From an uncultured Clostridium sp. (GTDB taxonomy: Bacteria > Bacillota > Clostridia > TANB77 > CAG-508), in assembly GCA_947571115.1 (NCBI GenBank), contig CANOWW010000005.1, forward strand, positions 28,201 to 92,200: a DNA stretch of 64,000 bases, written 5' to 3'. Below, piece after piece: positions 19,497-27,216 of this stretch; position 1 is the first letter of the stretch; the number at the start of each line of letters is the position of its first letter. A model generated the notes under the pieces. The model did not search any database, was not told the DNA's origin, and saw only the letters and a list, made by a program, of their open reading frames with translations. A program made the position numbers and the translations under genes.

Positions 19497-19769
19497 TTAT
19501 AAATTCTTTCTTCTCTCAAGTTCCCTTCTTAATTCATAATAAGTCTCCAGTTCCTCTTTCATTTCTCCTGAATTTAAGCATTCTAAGCATTCACCGACTG
19601 AATTAGAACTCTGAACAATCGTTCTGAATTTAAACTCTAAATGCTGCCCTGCTTTCTCTTTTACACAATAATCCAGTTCGGCAAAATTATCAAACGCTTT
19701 CCATATTTCTATGTTACTACTTGGTACTTCCAGGGTCTCTAATTTCTTTTGAATTTCATTGTTTGTCAT
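19497..19769 (-). CDS. Hypothetical protein (90 aa)
   Basis: ORF with a near-consensus promoter upstream. No family recognised. Confidence 0.45.
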   Translation of the reverse strand: MTNNEIQKKLETLEVPSSNIEIWKAFDNFAELDYCVKEKAGQHLEFKFRTIVQSSNSVGECLECLNSGEMKEELETYYELRRELERRKNL

Positions 19770-19840
19770 TATGACATTCTCCCTTCTTTATTAATCGCCA
19801 TCAGTTGATTGGCATAAACTTTCTATTGTTTCTTAATTTT

Positions 19841-19869
19841 ATTATATAATATTATGTTGATTTTGTCAA
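19841..19869 (-). promoter_or_regulatory. Near-consensus sigma-A promoter for 19497-19769
   Basis: Minus strand: TTGACA (19864-19869), a 17-nt spacer, then TATAAT (19841-19846). The -35 box lies inside the 21-bp direct repeat. Confidence 0.55.
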
Positions 19870-19881
19870 TATTTACTTAAA
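19861..19881. repeat. 21-bp direct repeat, copy A (TTTTGTCAATATTTACTTAAA)
   Basis: Identical to 20320-20340. Confidence 0.9.
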
Positions 19882-20055
19882 CTAAAAAATGTTATTTTAC
19901 TCTTGTAATTCATGTAAAAATATATTATAATTTATATATCTTTAAGTTTTTTAGTCAAAAACTTTTATCCAACCAAAAAAACTTAACTTTTGTACACAAT
20001 TCACTGCTCCAAGGAGGTGATATTGTGGAGCAGTGTTGTACGAAAGGAGGATATT

Positions 20056-20178
20056 ATGAGAAAACCTAAAAACAGAAAAAAGAAACCGAAAATAAAAAAC
20101 AAGAAAGAAAATTTAGAAATTGGAAAGCTTGTTTTAGAAATAATAAAAATTCTCCTAGAAATACTTAAGAAAAAGTGA
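20056..20178 (+). CDS. Candidate small basic/amphipathic peptide (40 aa)
   Basis: MRKPKNRKKKPKIKNKKENLEIGKLVLEIIKILLEILKKK. AAAGGAGG RBS 6 nt upstream, with a hairpin plus T-run downstream. No homology support. Confidence 0.35.
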   Translation: MRKPKNRKKKPKIKNKKENLEIGKLVLEIIKILLEILKKK

Positions 20179-20319
20179 AAACAAAAAGCCGATAACTGAC
20201 ACTTATCGACTTTTTATTTGAGTAAACCTAAAATCAAAAAATTTCTTCTATAAATCAAGTTATTATCTATAAAAATCAATATACTTAATCTACATTTTTA
20301 GTATATACGATTTTTCTCT

Positions 20320-20340
20320 TTTTGTCAATATTTACTTAAA
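20320..20340. repeat. 21-bp direct repeat, copy B (overlaps the ftsH stop codon)
   Basis: Identical to 19861-19881. It contains the last two sense codons and the TAA stop of ftsH. Confidence 0.9.
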
Positions 20341-22155
20341 AAATTCCTCAAATTCCTCACTTGATATTTTTTCTTTTTCTAATAGACTCGCTGCCACTTT
20401 ATCCAAAATATCCATATTTTTTGATAAAATCTGTTGTGCTGTTGTATAAGCGTTTTCAATCAAAACTTGAATTTGATTTCCTACTTCGTCAATTACTTTC
20501 TCGCCAAAAATCTGAAGTTCGTAAGGATCATTTACTTTTAATGAAATTGGTCCTAACTTATCATCCATTCCATAAACAGTTAACATATCTTTGGCAATTC
20601 CAGTTGCCACTTCAATATCATTGCTCGCACCTGTGGAAATTTCATTTAGTGCAATTTTCTCAGCTGCTCGTCCTCCCATCAAAGCCACCATTTTCTCCAA
20701 CAATTCCGTTTTAGAAACATAATATTTATCTTCATTTGTTTTGTACATTGTATAACCACCTGCGGCACCTCTTGGAATAATGGAAACTTCTTTGACATCT
20801 GTTTGCGTTTCCAAAAATTTACTAACAACTGCATGCCCAGCCTCATGATAAGCTGTCAACTTTTTATCTTTATCTGAAATCACACGATTTGCTTTTTCCA
20901 AACCAACTGTTACCTTTTTCACCGCATTTTCAATATCGTCATTTGTAATCGCATTATGTTCTTGTCTTGTTGCAATAATGGCGGCTTCATTTAAAATATT
21001 GGCAAGTTCTGCACCAGTAAAACCAGCTGTGTCTCCCGCAATACTTCTGAAATCTACATCATCTGCAAATTTCTTGTTTTCGCTATGCAATTTCAAAATC
21101 GCTTCTCTTCCATTCAAATCCGGTGTTGGGATCGTAATCTGGCGGTCAAATCTACCCGGACGAAGCAACGCTTTATCTAGCATTTCCGGACGGTTCGTCG
21201 CTGCTAAAACAATAATTGTTTCGTCTGTTTCAAAACCATCCATCTCAACCAATAATTGATTTAAGGTTTGATTATTCTCCGTTTCTGCACCGCTGCTACT
21301 GCTTCTTCTCGCACCAATGGCGTCAATCTCGTCAATAAAAATAATTGCTGGCGCCATTTTCTTCGCCTTATCAAACAATTTTCTAACACGAGACGCACCA
21401 AGCCCTGCAAACATTTCAATAAATTCAGAACCACTCATGGAAATAAATGGCACACCAGCTTCGCCCGCAATCGCCTTAGCAATCAATGTTTTACCAGTTC
21501 CCGGTTTACCATACAACAAAATTCCTCTTGGAATTTTTGCTCCCATTTCCAAATACGCTTTTGGTTTTTTCAAAAAATCGACAATTTCAATGAGTTCCCC
21601 TTTTTCCTCGTCCAAACCAGCAATATCCTTAAATCGAATATCTGATTTTTTATTGCTTTCTCCACCATAAACTTTGTCTTTATCTCCGCCAAAACCTTGC
21701 ATTTTAAAAATCATCAACATCAAAGCAATCAGCAAAATGGTTGGCAAAAAGGAAAATAAACTCCCTGCAATTTTGACCAATTGGTTGGTGCTTTCTTGTA
21801 TTAACTCAAGCTCTAAACCACCTTGGTCAACCTTTTCTTGAATCAACTCAATAAACGCCTGCGTACTCGGAACAATTACCTTTTTTTGTCTCTCTTTTTC
21901 ATTTTCTTCTGTTCCTTCTGCCCCTTCTTTTGTCGTTTTATAAGTGACTGTAATGGTAGTGCTTCCAGTTGTCATTTTGATTTTTTCAATTTCGCCACCA
22001 TTGATATCATGAATTAATTCTGTATAGGCAAGTTCTTTTTCCTCCTTGTTGTTTTGTCCTAAATAGACAATTCCTGCAATGGCGCCTATAACAATCAACA
22101 CACAAATGGCACTTAAAATAGCTTTTAACTTATTGTCTTCTTTATTATTTTTCAT
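20332..22155 (-). CDS. ftsH: ATP-dependent zinc metalloprotease FtsH
   Basis: Walker A motif GKPGTGKTLIAKAIAGEAG, the SRH region, and the HEAGHA zinc motif. Confidence 0.95.
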   Translation of the reverse strand: MKNNKEDNKLKAILSAICVLIVIGAIAGIVYLGQNNKEEKELAYTELIHDINGGEIEKIKMTTGSTTITVTYKTTKEGAEGTEENEKERQKKVIVPSTQAFIELIQEKVDQGGLELELIQESTNQLVKIAGSLFSFLPTILLIALMLMIFKMQGFGGDKDKVYGGESNKKSDIRFKDIAGLDEEKGELIEIVDFLKKPKAYLEMGAKIPRGILLYGKPGTGKTLIAKAIAGEAGVPFISMSGSEFIEMFAGLGASRVRKLFDKAKKMAPAIIFIDEIDAIGARRSSSSGAETENNQTLNQLLVEMDGFETDETIIVLAATNRPEMLDKALLRPGRFDRQITIPTPDLNGREAILKLHSENKKFADDVDFRSIAGDTAGFTGAELANILNEAAIIATRQEHNAITNDDIENAVKKVTVGLEKANRVISDKDKKLTAYHEAGHAVVSKFLETQTDVKEVSIIPRGAAGGYTMYKTNEDKYYVSKTELLEKMVALMGGRAAEKIALNEISTGASNDIEVATGIAKDMLTVYGMDDKLGPISLKVNDPYELQIFGEKVIDEVGNQIQVLIENAYTTAQQILSKNMDILDKVAASLLEKEKISSEEFEEFFK

Positions 22156-22182
22156 ATTCTTCTCCTCTCTATCCTTTCTGTT

Positions 22183-23184
22183 TTATATCTCTGAACCATC
22201 TGGTTCTTCATCGATTGTGTCTTCTTTGTTTTCTTCGTCCTTTTTATTCTTCTTTTTCTCTGGTTGATCTGGATTTTCTTGCCTTTTTTCTTCTGGTTCT
22301 TCTTGCATTTGTTTTTGCGTTTCTACAATTTTCGCAACCTCTATTTGTTGCCTAATTAAATCAGATTTTATCATAGAAATAACTGCTACCACATAAACAT
22401 AGGCTACTAATAAGTAAACAACTCTAAAATATTCTGTATAAAAACCTGTCAAATAATACGCAGCATGATATACCATACTTAAAATAATCGATAATGTAAG
22501 TGCATAAATAGAAATATTCCAAGCATGCCTCATTTGTATACTAATTCTGAAAATTCTAGCTGTAACAAAAGCAAAAATGCACATAATCATCCAATCCATA
22601 AAAACATTTACAATCTGAAAAATATACACACTAAAAATCAACATCATAAATAACGTTACAGCAATTCCCACTAATCCAATTTTGTCAATTTCCTCTATTA
22701 ACTTTCCCTTATCCAAATTCTCCAAACCATATTGTTCCACAAAATCACGATAGTGATATTCTGCCTCGCTGCCCCCAGCTTTATAGATTACCTTATCTTT
22801 TAGAAAAATAATTCCCATACTTTTTACATCATTTTTATATTCTTGCAATTTTTCTTGCGAAACCTCGTCAGCAGTATCTGTTATCATATAAAAATCATAT
22901 TCTTCATCATAAGCCTTCACTTCTTGAGTAAATTTTAAATTTCCATCTGCATACGAAAAATCCGGCAATTCACTTTTCATGTATTCATAGCCCTTTGATA
23001 CCATTTGCATCACAGTATAGGTTTCCACAAGTGCCATCACAAAAGCCAAACATAGCACAATTAGAAAGAAATATTTGATAGCAATTGAACTTTTTTCTTC
23101 TAAAAACATTCCATAATTTTCTAATTTCGTTACTGCAATTTTTACTCTCGAAAAAAATCCTATTTTTTTAGTTTGATTTTCCAT
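22183..23184 (-). CDS. DUF1189-like polytopic membrane protein with an acidic/basic C-terminal tail
   Basis: The N-terminal FFSRVKIAVTKLENYGMFLEEK, several TM segments, and the overall DUF1189 pattern. The call is tentative. Confidence 0.55.
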   Translation of the reverse strand: MENQTKKIGFFSRVKIAVTKLENYGMFLEEKSSIAIKYFFLIVLCLAFVMALVETYTVMQMVSKGYEYMKSELPDFSYADGNLKFTQEVKAYDEEYDFYMITDTADEVSQEKLQEYKNDVKSMGIIFLKDKVIYKAGGSEAEYHYRDFVEQYGLENLDKGKLIEEIDKIGLVGIAVTLFMMLIFSVYIFQIVNVFMDWMIMCIFAFVTARIFRISIQMRHAWNISIYALTLSIILSMVYHAAYYLTGFYTEYFRVVYLLVAYVYVVAVISMIKSDLIRQQIEVAKIVETQKQMQEEPEEKRQENPDQPEKKKNKKDEENKEDTIDEEPDGSEI

Positions 23185-24301
23185 TAAAAGTACTCCCTTC
23201 TAATCATACTATTGACTTGCATTGGCGGTATGTCTAACGTGACTTCTGAAGCAACCGTGATGTCTTCTGCATTTGTTATATCAACAACCGCATGATACAT
23301 TCCAATTCTTCCAATCACTGGATATTTCCTGTCATTTATCATAACTTTCCATCGTTTATCTTTAAAAAATTTCTTGATTTCAATGCCAACCGATTTGACA
23401 TTTTCTTTCAGCGAAAAAATATCTCGATCTTTTCTCATGCAAAAACCATCCATATATCCCATTGGAATAATCGCTATTTTCGTCTCGCGCTTTGTCTTAA
23501 ACATTTTTCCATAACTTATATTATAACCTTTTGGCACTGTTTTTATTTCTTGAATACTGGTTTTCACTTGTCCAATTTTTTTCAAATCTTGTACAGGAAC
23601 TAAGGTCCTTCCTTGCAAAATCGAACCTAGTCTTACGGCATTCAAATTCATAATTGGATGTTTTAACATTGCTGTACTTTCCGAACAATGCAGCATTCCC
23701 GGATTTTTACCTTCTTTTTTTAACATTTGAACAATATCTAAAAAACGATTAAATTGCTTTCTGGTAAACCATTCATCCATAGGTCTTGCAAAATGCGTAT
23801 AAGTTCCGCTTGATTTGTATTTTATCACACATTTGAAACAAATGCAAAATTTCACTCGGATTTTTATACAAAAATCCATAACGCCCAAATCCTGTATCAA
23901 TTTTTACATGTGCCTTAATCTCAAAGTCATTATTTTTGGTCATTTCTTCCAGCAATTCCATTTGCTCTATCGAACTAATGGTCAAAGTGATTTGATTTTC
24001 AATTAATTTCGTTAATTCTTTTTCATTGCAAAATGGAGTGAGCATCAAAATTTCTGCCTTAATTCCCGCTTCTCGTAAACTCAGTGCCTCTTCTATATTG
24101 GCAACTGCCAAAAAATCTATTCCATTATTTACTAGAAATTTAGAATATTCGACCAACCCAAGTCCCATTCCATTTCCTTTTACAACCGCAATGATTTTCG
24201 GATAATTTCCGCTATCGTCTTTGCCGTGGACTATTCAAAATTTTTCTAACCACTTTTAAATTATTTTTTAAGTCTTTTCGACTTATCCTTAATTTTTTCA
24301 T
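23184..24301 (-). CDS. alr: Alanine racemase, joined across two in-frame CGG +1 sites
   Basis: MKKLRISRKDLKNNLKVVRKILNSP(C)GKDDSGNYPKIIAVVKGNGMGLG... (the PLP Lys region) ...DKIQIK(C)GTYTHFARP.... Length is 3n+2. Confidence 0.85.
23806..23808 (-). other. In-frame CGG / +1 recoding site (alr, site 2)
   Basis: ATC AAG CGG AAC TTA; the frame resumes at GGA, giving GTYTHFA. Confidence 0.75.
24224..24226 (-). other. In-frame CGG / +1 recoding site (alr, site 1)
   Basis: AGT CCA CGG CAA AGA; the frame resumes at GGC. Confidence 0.7.
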
Positions 24302-24308
24302 AGCCCTC

Positions 24309-24707
24309 CTAATTTAGCAAGTCTTTCTTATATAAATCTGCAAAAATGAATTTATCTACTGGAGATATTTTATCCAAATCACAATAGCCCAGCCATTTGA
24401 TTTCTTGAATTTCTGAGCTAGCTTTCAATTCTCCTTCAAAATCAGCCATATAGCAAGTCATTTTTACCATAATTCCTTCTGCTTTTCCATGGGCTTGCGC
24501 TTCAAATGTACCATAATATTTTATGGTATTTCTTTTTATATGAACCGTTAATTCTTCTTCGCATTCTCGAATTAGCGTTTCTTCGTCTGTTTCATTCCCT
24601 TCTCGCTTGCCGCCTGGAATATAGAATGTGTCTTTTCCTTTTGACAAAGTGGATAATATTTTCTTATCTTTCAAATAAATCCATGCTATTTTATCAATTT
24701 TTTTCAT
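24309..24707 (-). CDS. NUDIX hydrolase
   Basis: Nudix box GGKREGNETDEETLIRECEEELTV. Start placed at MKKIDK. Confidence 0.8.
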   Translation of the reverse strand: MKKIDKIAWIYLKDKKILSTLSKGKDTFYIPGGKREGNETDEETLIRECEEELTVHIKRNTIKYYGTFEAQAHGKAEGIMVKMTCYMADFEGELKASSEIQEIKWLGYCDLDKISPVDKFIFADLYKKDLLN

Positions 24708-24739
24708 AAAAACCTCTTTCTGCAATCTACATTCCAAAT

Positions 24740-25795
24740 TTATCTATTTTTGATTTTCTTTTTCAATGTTCTCAAACTTCTGAAAGTTTTTTCTGCCAAT
24801 TTATATAACTTATAAATCATTGGCTTATAGGGCATATAAACTTCGCCAATAAATTCCGTAAATTCTGCGCCAAAACCTTTTTTAAAACGATACAATCCAT
24901 ATTGCGGATGGCTCTCATCCACTATGCCTGAAACGCCACGAAAATCATACACTTCATGTCCATTTTGAATGGCTTCTTTAATCATCGTCCATTGCAGCAA
25001 ATAGTTTGGCATCAAATTTCGATAAGAATTTGAACTCGCTCCATACAAATACCACGTCTTTTTGCCATACATAATTGGAATAATGCCCGCAATTGGCTTG
25101 TCCTCATGATATGCCATCAGTAATTTCATGTGGTTCGGCGCTAGGCAATCATACATTTTCTCAAAATATGCCAAGGAACGAATGATAAATTCATCCCTCT
25201 TTCCCGTTTCTACCATAATGTCGTGAAAATCCTTCAAATCCGCCTTTGTTCCTTCTTTTATCACAACCCCTTTTTTATTCGCCAAACGAATATTATAACG
25301 CGTTTTTGAATGAAAGTTGCTAAAAACCTCGTCCTCCGTCTTTCCTTTAATATCTAACTGAAAAACAAAACGCGGCTGAATTTCATCCTTAAAGTCTTTG
25401 CTATCATCTTTGATTTTATAGCCAACATTTTCAGCAATCTCACGAAACTTCGTATCAGACTTCAAAATATCTGGCTCAATGCGAAGCACAAAAGCCTTAT
25501 ACTTTTTCGCAAGTGCATCCGCACCTTCTGTCAAATCACCAATTACCTTTTCATCATAAATATCACAAACAGGTCCTCTTGCAGAATACATCAAATTCCC
25601 AAAAATCGGAATTTTACGTATCCACACACACAAGCTACCTTTAATGTTTCCATTTTCGTCTTCCGACAAAATCACTTCTTTGATCCAACTTGTTTTGACC
25701 TCGCCCCATTCCAAAGATTGCTGAAAATTGCATCTTGGATGTTTCTCCAAAAATTCTTTATATTTTGTTTTATCTTGCTCAGTTAATAATCTCAT
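24740..25795 (-). CDS. FemAB family peptidoglycan interpeptide-bridge aminoacyltransferase
   Basis: CNFQQSLEWGEVK... and the overall FemAB/MurM pattern. Its start overlaps the cysS stop. Confidence 0.8.
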   Translation of the reverse strand: MRLLTEQDKTKYKEFLEKHPRCNFQQSLEWGEVKTSWIKEVILSEDENGNIKGSLCVWIRKIPIFGNLMYSARGPVCDIYDEKVIGDLTEGADALAKKYKAFVLRIEPDILKSDTKFREIAENVGYKIKDDSKDFKDEIQPRFVFQLDIKGKTEDEVFSNFHSKTRYNIRLANKKGVVIKEGTKADLKDFHDIMVETGKRDEFIIRSLAYFEKMYDCLAPNHMKLLMAYHEDKPIAGIIPIMYGKKTWYLYGASSNSYRNLMPNYLLQWTMIKEAIQNGHEVYDFRGVSGIVDESHPQYGLYRFKKGFGAEFTEFIGEVYMPYKPMIYKLYKLAEKTFRSLRTLKKKIKNR

Positions 25796-27177
25796 ACTTT
25801 TCCTTTCCCTACTACCGTTCCTTCCTTCGTGTCTTTGACGGTATATCCTTTTTCCATCAGCACATCACGAAGTCTGTCTGACTCCGCCCAATTTTTATTC
25901 TGACGTGCTTCGTCTCTTTGTTTGATAAGCTCCAAAATTTCCTGTGGCAATTCCTCTTCTTTTGTCTCATAATTCGCCAAATCAAATCCTAAAACCTGGT
26001 CAAATTTTAACAACAAATCCATCAACTGCTTTGACTTTTTCGGATATTTGACCACTTCCCAAACAACACTCATCGCAACTGGCATATTCAAGTCATCATT
26101 AATAGCCTCTAAAAAGCGATTTTCAAAATCTTGCAAAACCTTACTTTCCACCGTTTCAGTACCATTTTTATGTTTCAAATAACCTTCGCGAAGTCTTGAA
26201 AGCGCCACTTTACTACTATCCATAGTATCCCATGTAAAATTAATTTTATTTCGATAATTAGAAGCAAAATTAAACATTCTATACACAAGTGGCTCATAGC
26301 CCCTATCAGCCAAATCCTGCAACGTATACAAATTGTTCAAACTTTTTGACATTTTTCCGCCGTCAATTGTCAAAAAGTCAACATGCATCCAAAAATTGGC
26401 TGGAATTTTTCCACAAAAGCCCTTGCTTTGCGCAATCTCATTTTCATGATGAATGGGAATATGGTCAATCCCACCTGTGTGAATATCAAACTGCTCCCCC
26501 AAATATTGGTAACTCATTGCCGAACACTCCAAATGCCAGCCCGGATAGCATTTTCCCCAAAAAGTATCCCATTTCATTAAATGATTTTCTGGTGCTTTAA
26601 TCCAAAGTGCAAAATCTGAAATATTCTTTTTCTCGCTATCAAACTCAACACGTGCCCCAGCTTTTTGCTCCTCTACATTGCGGTTTGACAAAACGCCATA
26701 CTTATCTAATTTTGAAGTATCAAAATAAATCGTATTTTCTGTTTCATACGTATAGCCATTTTCTATGATTTTTTGCACATATTTTTCCATTACATCAATG
26801 TGCTCCGTCGCGCGAGCAATAATTTCTGGCTGGTCAATGTTTAATTTACCAATATCTTTTAAGAAAGCATCCATATAAAACTGCGCAATTTCAAATGGGT
26901 CTTTCTTTTCTCTCTTTGCCGCTTTTAACATTTTATCTTCGCCTTCATCTGCGTCAGAAGTCAAATGACCCACGTCAGTTATATTCATGACATGTTTTAA
27001 GGTATAGCCATTATATTTTAACGTTCTGCGTAGCGTATCCATAAAAAGATACGCACGCAAATTTCCAATATGAGCATAACCATACACAGTCGGTCCGCAA
27101 GAATATAGGCGAACCTCCTGCTCATTTATCGGCTTAAATTCTTCTATTTTTCGAGACAATGTATTATAAATTTTCAT
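25792..27177 (-). CDS. cysS: Cysteine--tRNA ligase
   Basis: A HIGH-type motif (GYAHIGNLRAY), the KMSKS motif, and CGPTVY. Confidence 0.95.
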   Translation of the reverse strand: MKIYNTLSRKIEEFKPINEQEVRLYSCGPTVYGYAHIGNLRAYLFMDTLRRTLKYNGYTLKHVMNITDVGHLTSDADEGEDKMLKAAKREKKDPFEIAQFYMDAFLKDIGKLNIDQPEIIARATEHIDVMEKYVQKIIENGYTYETENTIYFDTSKLDKYGVLSNRNVEEQKAGARVEFDSEKKNISDFALWIKAPENHLMKWDTFWGKCYPGWHLECSAMSYQYLGEQFDIHTGGIDHIPIHHENEIAQSKGFCGKIPANFWMHVDFLTIDGGKMSKSLNNLYTLQDLADRGYEPLVYRMFNFASNYRNKINFTWDTMDSSKVALSRLREGYLKHKNGTETVESKVLQDFENRFLEAINDDLNMPVAMSVVWEVVKYPKKSKQLMDLLLKFDQVLGFDLANYETKEEELPQEILELIKQRDEARQNKNWAESDRLRDVLMEKGYTVKDTKEGTVVGKGKV

Positions 27178-27216
27178 ACTGAATTCCCCTTTTGCTTTAC
27201 AAAATTTCCTATGCTT

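Noticed and set aside
27178-27216. A T-box or other leader upstream of cysS, and likewise upstream of lysS at 44949-45018
   Set aside because: The intergenic spaces are far too short for a T-box riboswitch (about 40 and 70 nt), and no specifier or T-box sequence was seen.
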